Positions 5,214-11,701 of a stretch of 11,701 bases of DNA are shown here, piece after piece. The stretch lies in IMG/VR virus record IMGVR_UViG_3300043418_000226; one strand, written 5' to 3'. Origin of the DNA: a virus (Duplodnaviria > Heunggongvirae > Uroviricota > Caudoviricetes). The notes below the pieces were generated by a model. The model made no database searches and was not told the DNA's origin. It saw only the letters and a list, made by a program, of their open reading frames with translations. The position numbers were made by a program, and so were the translations under genes. The first letter of the stretch is position 1; every line of letters starts with the position of its first letter.

Positions 5214-6674
5214 ATGGGACTAATACAATATAACACACTGTTTTATAAGACCGACCACAATAAGGTTTTAGAACTACACTCACGGAAGAATACTAATAAA
5301 GAAATTAGTGACAAACTTAATATAACTCTTTATATGGTGGAAAAGATTCTATCCTATTATAACCTCACTCCTGCGAAGAGGATGGACAAGATTGACCATC
5401 GAGTTGTAATCGACTTATATGATAAACATAAAAAGATATCTAAGGTTGCAAAGATTTTGGAGATAGAGGAATATATGGTCGATAAGATTTTAATCCATAA
5501 TAACATTACCAAAAGGTCGGTAACCCTTAAGCTCGATTCAATAGAGGTTATTAGGGATTACTTGGAGTGTCGGGACGTTAATGTGGTTGCACAAAAGTAC
5601 AATGTATCTGTATCTCCCATTATTAAGATTCTAAAAGATAATGGAATTAAAAGAAAGAAAAATCCCGACGCACATAAACGAATTATTAAGAATGGTCATG
5701 GGGTTAAAGTAGAGGTTAATCATGTAATTCAACTATATAAGGAACTCGGTACCATTGTTAGTGTCGGTAAAGAATTAAAGATTAGATCTAGTAAAGTTCG
5801 TTCTATTCTTTTGGGTAATAACGTGGAGTTAAATGTTACTCTCAAATATATTGAGATTGGAGATGTGTTTGGTTATCTTACGGTCATCAAAGAAATCGAA
5901 CCCAAATATAGCACAAGTGGTGTTAGTAAGAAGATGTTATTATGTGAATGTAAATGTGGGAACACTGTGGAACGTGCATCTTCTACACTTAGAAAAATGA
6001 GTGGGTTGAAATCCTGTGGGTGTTATTTGGAAGAACGTAAACAGAAGACTGAGGAATTAAGGATTAGGAAGAAACTTGAACACGAAAAGAAATTAAAAGA
6101 ACGGGAGATTGTTCGTATTGAAAAAGAGAGAAAGAAAAATGAGTATAAACAAAAACACGGATATAAAAAATATAATATTGGTGATAAGAAAAACAGATTT
6201 ACCATTACGGGTATTGAAGGTAAACATCCCAATAAGGTGATATCCGTTATATGTGAGTGTGGGACCGAGAAGGCGTTGAAATATCAATCATTTTTTCAAT
6301 CTAAGTCCTGTGGATGTCTTCAGGTAGAACGTTCAACCACACACGGACACTCAAGTAAAAAAAATCCAGAAAGACGTAGGTGGCACGATAGATGGAAGGG
6401 AATGATGAAACGTTGTTATAACCCTAAAATGCACGCGTACTCAAACTATGGTGGAAGAGGGATTACAGTATGTGATAGATGGAAAGAACCAAATGGTGTG
6501 GGGAGTCAAAATTATTATGAAGATATTCATAATATACTGGGACCCCAACCAAGTTCCGAACATTCATTAGATAGAATGGATAATGATGGTATGTATGAAA
6601 TCACCAATATGAGATGGGCAACAAATAGTGAACAGACAAAAAACCAAAGGAGAAACATCAAGTCTAAAACCTAA
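5214..6674 (+). CDS. HNH-family (homing-type) endonuclease with four N-terminal HTH-like repeats and two Cys-rich Zn modules
   Basis: C-terminal WKGMMKRCYNPK...YGGRGITVCDRW...SLDRMDNDG.YE..N.RWAT..EQ..N.R is the typical phage HNH variant; two IGD..G.LT...C.C.CG....SCGC modules; four ~45-50-aa repeats ending MVEKIL / MVDKIL / PIIKIL / KVRSIL. Confidence 0.85.
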   Translation: MGLIQYNTLFYKTDHNKVLELHSRKNTNKEISDKLNITLYMVEKILSYYNLTPAKRMDKIDHRVVIDLYDKHKKISKVAKILEIEEYMVDKILIHNNITKRSVTLKLDSIEVIRDYLECRDVNVVAQKYNVSVSPIIKILKDNGIKRKKNPDAHKRIIKNGHGVKVEVNHVIQLYKELGTIVSVGKELKIRSSKVRSILLGNNVELNVTLKYIEIGDVFGYLTVIKEIEPKYSTSGVSKKMLLCECKCGNTVERASSTLRKMSGLKSCGCYLEERKQKTEELRIRKKLEHEKKLKEREIVRIEKERKKNEYKQKHGYKKYNIGDKKNRFTITGIEGKHPNKVISVICECGTEKALKYQSFFQSKSCGCLQVERSTTHGHSSKKNPERRRWHDRWKGMMKRCYNPKMHAYSNYGGRGITVCDRWKEPNGVGSQNYYEDIHNILGPQPSSEHSLDRMDNDGMYEITNMRWATNSEQTKNQRRNIKSKT

Positions 6675-6712
6675 ATAAAAATTTCTGGTATTTTTGGAAA
6701 AATTCGAAGGTG

Positions 6713-6719
6713 TATTTAT
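6713..6719 (+). promoter_or_regulatory. TATTTAT motif (candidate phage-specific late promoter); also at 6969, 7111, 7634, 9743, 10854, 10869
   Basis: Recurs 4-33 nt upstream of plus-strand start codons, often right after a terminator; the AT-rich background means enrichment needs testing. Confidence 0.5.
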
Positions 6720-6735
6720 TTCTAAAATTCAATCC

Positions 6736-6846
6736 ATGAGTAAATCAGTTAAAAAACAACCAAGAAAGAAAAGTGCACGTTCTCAGAAGAAAACAAAAAC
6801 ACTTATCGCCAAGAACGTAGAAATCCTACGTAGACTTTCGAACTAA
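6736..6846 (+). CDS. Small basic peptide (36 aa, 13 K/R); not in the ORF track
   Basis: MSKSVKKQPRKKSARSQKKTKTLIAKNVEILRRLSN*, bracketed by TATTTAT and a terminator. Confidence 0.7.
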   Translation: MSKSVKKQPRKKSARSQKKTKTLIAKNVEILRRLSN

Positions 6847-6850
6847 CAGG

Positions 6851-6875
6851 AACCTCCCCTTCGGGAGGTTTTTTT
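6851..6875 (+). terminator. Intrinsic terminator
   Basis: AACCTCCC-cttc-GGGAGGTT followed by a T-run. Confidence 0.85.
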
Positions 6876-6979
6876 AATGGAACCCTCTCAACGATATTTT
6901 TAATTATCCCCCTTCAACTATCGTTCAAACGTTATCGTAGATTTTTCTTATCTCACTGATATTCAGGATATTTATTAAT

Positions 6980-7078
6980 ATGAAAAGACTATTAGTAAAA
7001 CTCAGACAAATCTCAAGACTACACGGTTCATTGGGGAACATTATCCCACCAAGACATTGGAACAAATGTCCGTATTAA
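6980..7078 (+). CDS. Small basic peptide (32 aa); not in the ORF track
   Basis: MKRLLVKLRQISRLHGSLGNIIPPRHWNKCPY*; TATTTAT 4 nt upstream, terminator directly after the stop. Confidence 0.55.
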   Translation: MKRLLVKLRQISRLHGSLGNIIPPRHWNKCPY

Positions 7079-7106
7079 AAAATCCTTCCCTTCGGAAGGA
7101 TTTTTT
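7077..7106 (+). terminator. Intrinsic terminator
   Basis: AATCCTTCC-cttc-GGAAGGATT followed by a T-run. Confidence 0.85.
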
Positions 7107-7124
7107 GTTATATTTATTAACTGT

Positions 7125-7535
7125 ATGAAATTAACTGATATTATATTCGAAGCGGTTTCCGATTTGTTCTCCAATAAAGAACGTAAGGGAATCATGTCCG
7201 AAAAGGAGTGGAAGGACATTGACGATAAGAACAGTCCTGAGAACATTAAGAAGAAAATTAAACATGTCCGTGGACTCTCTGATGAATGTCGTCAGTACGC
7301 CATGGATAACCATAGTGATTGGGTTTCTTCTATTGGGAGTGGAAAGGTCTCTAATTTGGATTTACACCCCGATTTAAAGAAGAAAATCTCCGAGGAGGGT
7401 CTACCATCAGGTTTTAGTATGGGAGTCGATAAGAACGGTTATTTTATCCATACACACAGGGCTAGAAGTAAGTCTAATGAAAACCCTTCGGGTTTCACTC
7501 AGAAGGAAATTAAATTTGTGGATTCCACGGGATAA
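7125..7535 (+). CDS. Hypothetical phage protein (136 aa) with MKLTDIIFE leader
   Basis: TATTTAT upstream; C-terminal GYFIHTHRARSKS...IKFVDSTG looks like a conserved motif; function unknown. Confidence 0.85.
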   Translation: MKLTDIIFEAVSDLFSNKERKGIMSEKEWKDIDDKNSPENIKKKIKHVRGLSDECRQYAMDNHSDWVSSIGSGKVSNLDLHPDLKKKISEEGLPSGFSMGVDKNGYFIHTHRARSKSNENPSGFTQKEIKFVDSTG

Positions 7536-7645
7536 AATGAACCTCGTATGCCGGTATGAAAAACGGGGGTCGGGCGCCGGGAGAGGAAATTTGATAATGT
7601 CATTTATATTTTGTACATTTCATTGTTAATATATATTTATTTACT

Positions 7646-7990
7646 ATGGGATTGTTTAAATGGACTAAAGGTCGTCAGAAAGGTTGTCATTATGAAAAGT
7701 TTACCCTATGGTACTTTAGAGTATTGAAGTTTGGATTTGATTCGTATATCTTAAAATACGAACCGAAACAATATCTTCCTACACACACTGATCCCGTTGA
7801 AAATGGAAAACACTATAGAATGAACATCGGATTTGGTAAGTCCATCTTTGAATGTGAACAAATTATCCTTAAATTTAAAATAACGGATTACTTTACCGTT
7901 AATATCTTTCGACCTGACCTTTATAGACACAACCTGTTGTCCCAAACAAAAACCTTTAAACTATCCTTCGGTTTTGTAAAATACAATTAA
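7646..7990 (+). CDS. 2OG-Fe(II) oxygenase / cupin-like protein (114 aa)
   Basis: YILKYEP...LPTHTDPV..GKHYRMNI (HxD) and a distal His in FRPDLYRHNL, typical of the double-stranded beta-helix facial triad. Confidence 0.65.
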   Translation: MGLFKWTKGRQKGCHYEKFTLWYFRVLKFGFDSYILKYEPKQYLPTHTDPVENGKHYRMNIGFGKSIFECEQIILKFKITDYFTVNIFRPDLYRHNLLSQTKTFKLSFGFVKYN

Positions 7991-8012
7991 TTTAAAAATA
8001 AATTAAAAAATA

Positions 8013-8044
8013 TTTGGCAGTAACGATAATATTGTTTTACTTTG
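8013..8044 (+). promoter_or_regulatory. Bacteroidota-type promoter (near-consensus)
   Basis: TTTG (8013-8016)-N20-TTACTTTG (8037-8044), one mismatch to TAnnTTTG, followed by an A/C-rich leader to ATG 8072. Confidence 0.55.
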
Positions 8045-8071
8045 TACCCAACAAATAAAAACAATGTCTAT

Positions 8072-8656
8072 ATGTCAAAACTACTTGAAAAGGCTAACAA
8101 AAAACTCTTAGTAAGAAACATGTTTACCGAAGATGACATGGATTTACCAATGGGTAAATTTTTAATGAAGTCTTACACACAATGTACACCAAACAAATAT
8201 GGTGACCTATTCTCCAAAAAAGTTATTTACGATTCAAAAAACATTTTGAAGGGGTTATCGGCTTCCCTTAATAGAGGGGATTGTCATATGGGATTTGAGA
8301 AATACTTCGAATGTAAAGTATCTTACCTTAATAAATCGGGAAAATATTCAATTACCAATATTCGTAATTGGCAAGATTTCGATTACTTCATTTTATGTTT
8401 TGTGGATACGGGTGATAATTTTAAACCTTACTTTTATTGTGTTCCAAAAGAAACTATCACAAACAATCCTTGTATCACACTTACCGGTATGAACAATACG
8501 AGTGATATTAACAGTAAAAACACTTATGTTGGTACACGTACAAGTGTCAACAACGTCGACCTAAATTGGTTATTTAAAAACAGTTCAACATTAAAAGGAA
8601 CCTCATACAAACATTTAGAGGATTTCATTAAAAAATCACGTAAAAATTTAAAATAA
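8072..8656 (+). CDS. PD-(D/E)xK restriction-endonuclease-like protein (194 aa)
   Basis: NRGD...KYFECKVS (D...ExK) followed by NIRNWQDFDYFILC; the track TTG start at 8042 overlaps the promoter, so ATG 8072 is used. Confidence 0.65.
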   Translation: MSKLLEKANKKLLVRNMFTEDDMDLPMGKFLMKSYTQCTPNKYGDLFSKKVIYDSKNILKGLSASLNRGDCHMGFEKYFECKVSYLNKSGKYSITNIRNWQDFDYFILCFVDTGDNFKPYFYCVPKETITNNPCITLTGMNNTSDINSKNTYVGTRTSVNNVDLNWLFKNSSTLKGTSYKHLEDFIKKSRKNLK

Positions 8657-8663
8657 ATATATT

Positions 8664-9692
8664 ATGCCAACTAAACAATTAGTAAAGAAAACAACAAAAA
8701 AATCTGTTGTTACTACACCGTCAGTTAAAGTACCTACGGTAAAAAACACCACAACGAAAAAAACTAATAAGTACAATTTGAGAACCGAATCTTGGTCTTA
8801 TGAGAAATTTGCCAAATTGGAACCTTACGTAAGAAATCGTGACGTTGAACCTCGTATACCTAAAGTGGTAAAACTTCTTGCTAAGAAATACATACCAACA
8901 CACTCCATTGTTATTGTTGGTAATGTAACAAAACCATTTGCCAAATATAAAAAGGGAGATAAGTTTCGTTTAGATGGTAATACAAGAGCCGAAGCTTTTA
9001 AAATTCGACCTGAATTAATTCCTGAAGTCCCATTCCATGTGATTATGATGGATGTTTCTTCAAAAGAGGAAGCCGATGAAATTTATTATGCAATTGATAG
9101 TAGTGATTCGGTTGAGACTTCTTCACATAAAATTACCGGATACCTTAGAGAACGTGAATACACTGCATTAAGTAAGACAATCAAAGAAGGTAAATTCAAA
9201 ACTGCATTAGATAACGCGTGTCGTTACGGTCATAACAATGACGGGTTATATCTTCAAACTGCACCTTTTGAGGATAAATTAGACTTTTTCTGGAATGAAT
9301 TGATTCATATTGATAAATGGAAATTGGGGAACATGGACAATAGGTCTAAAACAAAAATGTCAGCAAATGTGCTTACATCACTTTTACTTGTTGCCAAGAA
9401 ATATGGGGTAAACCATAAACGTTTTGACCTCTTAATTGAAAACTTCAAAAATGAACTTACCGTAACTAACAATTCAACCGAGGTTGATGGTGTTCATTAT
9501 GTGAATACGACTTTATTTACCAAAAACGCTTTGGTTTGGAAAAACACCGGTAGAACCAATGCATTTACATTGATTCATTCCATATTGTATTCGTTCGATA
9601 AATTTATCTTAAACGAAAACATTAAGAAGGGTTCGAAATTACCTAATGAGAAAAAATTAACCGAGTTTTATCAAAATTATCGTTCAATATAA
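8664..9692 (+). CDS. ParB/Srx-like (DG-x-x-R) domain protein (342 aa)
   Basis: RNRD...RLDGNTRAEAF...EEADEIYYAIDS resembles the ParB/sulfiredoxin-fold DGxxR signature; K/T/V-rich disordered N-terminus; starts 7 nt after the nuclease stop. Confidence 0.6.
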   Translation: MPTKQLVKKTTKKSVVTTPSVKVPTVKNTTTKKTNKYNLRTESWSYEKFAKLEPYVRNRDVEPRIPKVVKLLAKKYIPTHSIVIVGNVTKPFAKYKKGDKFRLDGNTRAEAFKIRPELIPEVPFHVIMMDVSSKEEADEIYYAIDSSDSVETSSHKITGYLREREYTALSKTIKEGKFKTALDNACRYGHNNDGLYLQTAPFEDKLDFFWNELIHIDKWKLGNMDNRSKTKMSANVLTSLLLVAKKYGVNHKRFDLLIENFKNELTVTNNSTEVDGVHYVNTTLFTKNALVWKNTGRTNAFTLIHSILYSFDKFILNENIKKGSKLPNEKKLTEFYQNYRSI

Positions 9693-9700
9693 TTTCAAAG

Positions 9701-9730
9701 AAAACCCCACCCACCACGGTGGGGTTTTTT
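9701..9730 (+). terminator. Intrinsic terminator
   Basis: AAAACCCCACC ... GGTGGGGTTTT followed by a T-run. Confidence 0.88.
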
Positions 9731-9754
9731 ATTTTAAATCAGTATTTATATCAT

Positions 9755-10354
9755 ATGAAGATTCTAATAACCGAAAGTCAATTACAACGTGTCAGTGAAC
9801 AAGAAACGACTGAGGCGGTTCGTTATGACTTTAATGACCCGACCAAACAGAAGAAATCAAAGAAGAAAATGGATTACAAATTAATAATGGCTAACCCCAA
9901 TGAAAATGTATTCTATAAAAAAGTCGGGGGATTTAGTTACTTCTACAACGATTCTTCCGAAGAAGGGGAAATTATTATTAAGGTTGTTGATGATGTTAAT
10001 AAAATTGCTGCGGCTCACGGAGCTTTCTTTATGGTTGATGCCGATAATTTTGAAGCAACGTCTCCTTTTGTTTATCCCGAATATAGAAGACAAGGGATAG
10101 CAATTCAAATGTATAAAATGGCTTTGGACTTTGGTAATTTATTATCAGGTGAAGCACAATCACAGTATGCCGAGGCACTTTGGAAAAAATTATACGATGT
10201 GTTCCCTAATCATATGGTTGCGTACAATTCACAAACAAGAAAAGAATACGAAATAACTAAAGATGAGAAGGGTGACTTTATTATTCCATCTGAACCAGAA
10301 ATGGACATTTACGGTGAAAAAACTTTTATCCAACTCAAACTATATAAAAACTAA
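9755..10354 (+). CDS. GNAT-family acetyltransferase-like protein (199 aa) with MKILITESQL leader
   Basis: Acetyl-CoA motif A FVYPEYRRQGIAIQMYK and downstream LSGEAQSQYAEALWKKL; the track start (9719) is inside the terminator, so ATG 9755 after TATTTAT is used. Confidence 0.8.
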   Translation: MKILITESQLQRVSEQETTEAVRYDFNDPTKQKKSKKKMDYKLIMANPNENVFYKKVGGFSYFYNDSSEEGEIIIKVVDDVNKIAAAHGAFFMVDADNFEATSPFVYPEYRRQGIAIQMYKMALDFGNLLSGEAQSQYAEALWKKLYDVFPNHMVAYNSQTRKEYEITKDEKGDFIIPSEPEMDIYGEKTFIQLKLYKN

Positions 10355-10403
10355 ATGGAATCCCTGGTGAGGAGATTTAGGGGGTTAAATTGACAAATAG
10401 ACT

Positions 10404-10736
10404 ATGAAACTAATAAACATTTTAAACGAATCAGATAATTTTGACGAATTTGCGGAAAAACGTTTATCGGGGGCAACTAAAATAACCAATAACGCACACG
10501 AAAAAGGTGGAGTATCTATGTTGACCTATCACCATTTTAAAGTTAAACTTCCATATTATAAGAAAGCTTCCGAAGGAAAGTTTAATATTGAGGAGGGTAA
10601 AATTGAATTTGAGAAACAATTACAAAAACTTTGTAAATTAACTAAGAATATTAACATGGACCAAATCGATTTTCAAAAAACTATGGGTATAGTTGAAGTT
10701 TTGGGAGAATTAATTATTAAAAATAAATCGTTATAA
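10404..10736 (+). CDS. Hypothetical phage protein (110 aa) with MKLINILNE leader
   Basis: Clean ORF downstream of the GNAT; no functional motif recognised. Confidence 0.85.
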   Translation: MKLINILNESDNFDEFAEKRLSGATKITNNAHEKGGVSMLTYHHFKVKLPYYKKASEGKFNIEEGKIEFEKQLQKLCKLTKNINMDQIDFQKTMGIVEVLGELIIKNKSL

Positions 10737-10750
10737 CGATTATAAGATAC

Positions 10751-10835
10751 CCCCGGTTTGAAGACCGGACTTAGGACCGGGACTAGTTACATAATCCCGT
10801 TGGGACAAGAATTCGCTACTCTTGTCCCTTTTTTT
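10751..10835 (+). ncRNA. Candidate structured RNA ending in a terminator
   Basis: Three consecutive hairpins: CCGGT/ACCGG (10753-10768), CGGGA/TCCCG (10778-10799), GGGACAAGA/TCTTGTCCC plus T7 (10802-10835); a GC-rich island in AT-rich intergenic DNA. Confidence 0.4.
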
Positions 10836-10908
10836 ATTTAACGGATTAACTTATATTTATTTTCTATGTATTTATAGATAATAACAAAAAGATTTAAAAA
10901 GAATTATA

Positions 10909-11145
10909 ATGGTAAGTGCTTCAGCATCAAAAACAACTTCGGACAACGCTATCACAGGTTTAACCTATGTGAATAGTGTTATCACAGGGGCATCGGCAAA
11001 CGGTCTTTATAGTGTTATCATCGAAGGTAACTACATGAACGATACAGTGGCAGATATACTAAGAACAACATATGGTTACAAAGTGACACCTAAATCCGTT
11101 GACATGGGGTCATACGTAAGATATCAAATAAGCTGGTTAGACTAA
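10909..11145 (+). CDS. Hypothetical phage protein (78 aa)
   Basis: Two TATTTAT motifs upstream; small-residue-rich composition; no motif recognised. Confidence 0.8.
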   Translation: MVSASASKTTSDNAITGLTYVNSVITGASANGLYSVIIEGNYMNDTVADILRTTYGYKVTPKSVDMGSYVRYQISWLD

Positions 11146-11156
11146 ACAACATAAAA

Positions 11157-11372
11157 ATGGCAAACAAACTTAAAATTACAGAACAACAATTAAAAATGAT
11201 TACTGAAAGACGACACACCTATAAAAGTGACGTTGAGGAAGTTGAGGAACAAGAAACAATTAGTGTAGTTCCTGGTGAACCTAACGAAGAGGAGGAAGTT
11301 GCGGTAGAAGAAAACGTTGAGTTAAACGAAAGTATTTTAAAAATAAAATCAGAATTTAATAGATTTTTATAA
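11157..11372 (+). CDS. Small acidic protein (71 aa), possible head-assembly/core component
   Basis: MANKLKITEQQLKMITE leader, Glu-rich centre, amphipathic C-terminus LNESILKIKSEFNRFL. Confidence 0.75.
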   Translation: MANKLKITEQQLKMITERRHTYKSDVEEVEEQETISVVPGEPNEEEEVAVEENVELNESILKIKSEFNRFL

Positions 11373-11378
11373 ATTAAG

Positions 11379-11402
11379 ACCCTTCACCTGAAGGGTTTTT
11401 TT
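11379..11402 (+). terminator. Intrinsic terminator (plus strand)
   Basis: ACCCTTC-acct-GAAGGGT followed by a T-run. Confidence 0.85.
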
Positions 11403-11411
11403 ATGCCCATT

Positions 11412-11436
11412 AAAAAAGGGGACTAATGTCCCCCTT
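11412..11436 (-). terminator. Intrinsic terminator (minus strand, convergent)
   Basis: AAAGGGGAC-taat-GTCCCCTTT with an A-run on its left. Confidence 0.8.
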
Positions 11437-11462
11437 TCTAAAACCTTGTGATATATTTTTTA

Positions 11463-11701
11463 TTAGAATTTTGTTCCGCACTGAGGACAGAACTTATGTG
11501 TGTCTTTTTTTCTTTTTGATCCACACTCAGTACAATAAACTACTAAATCTTCTTTTACTAAAATCTTTTGTGATTGAGGTAGAATTTTCCATGTGTCAGT
11601 TGCAAATGGGTACGATTCAAAAGATGTACTGTCAGTTGTAAAAGATTGATTTGACGCTGACCCTTTCTCAACTCGACCCGTTTCCACTTCATTCGATAAT
11701 G
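11463..11701 (-). CDS. C-terminal fragment of a zinc-ribbon protein (5' end outside the window)
   Basis: The frame stays open to the window edge (...LSNEVETGRVEKG...); C-terminal YCTECG...KFCPQCG is a CxxC...CxxC zinc ribbon. Confidence 0.85.
   Translation of the reverse strand, partial: LSNEVETGRVEKGSASNQSFTTDSTSFESYPFATDTWKILPQSQKILVKEDLVVYCTECGSKRKKDTHKFCPQCGTKF

Noticed and set aside
5041-5283. Minus-strand 80-aa ORF across the strand switch, and other nested ORFs (4095, 6023, 6093, 7028, 7131, 7751, 8295, 8721, 9881, 9900, 11426)
   Set aside because: They overlap longer, motif-bearing genes or low-complexity tracts and lack their own promoter or leader context.
10745-10835. tRNA gene
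   Set aside because: No acceptor stem, no TTCG T-loop in the proper context and no cloverleaf; kept only as a generic structured-RNA candidate.

Overview
AT-rich phage-like DNA with no bacterial housekeeping genes, most consistent with a large dsDNA tailed phage of a Bacteroidota host. Evidence: repeated TT(T)G-N19/20-TAnnTTTG promoters and no Shine-Dalgarno sites upstream of the cassette genes. Left half (1-~4900, minus strand): an array of at least seven complete self-contained cassettes, each built as host-type promoter, G-free leader, 1-4 small genes, intrinsic terminator. The array continues past the left edge. Between every terminator and the next promoter lies a GC-richer ~70-125 bp non-coding element with a TTACTGG core. 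Five of these carry an inverted partner (ATACCAGTAA) at spacings of 23-24 or 33-34 bp, i.e. one helical turn apart. The elements are mosaics of shared blocks, and two are part of an exact 92-bp duplication flanking one cassette. This looks like a gene-cassette shuffling or protein-binding-site system and is the main finding; no recombinase is visible in the window. A C/G-tract region (~4930-5200) marks the strand switch. Right half (plus strand): a multi-HTH/Zn/HNH endonuclease, tiny basic peptides, a 2OG-Fe(II) oxygenase-like protein, a PD-(D/E)xK nuclease plus ParB-like pair, a GNAT, several proteins with T4-like (I/L)xE N-terminal leaders preceded by TATTTAT, a possible structured RNA, and a truncated zinc-ribbon gene on the minus strand. 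All family calls come from motif recognition by eye; no database search was run.
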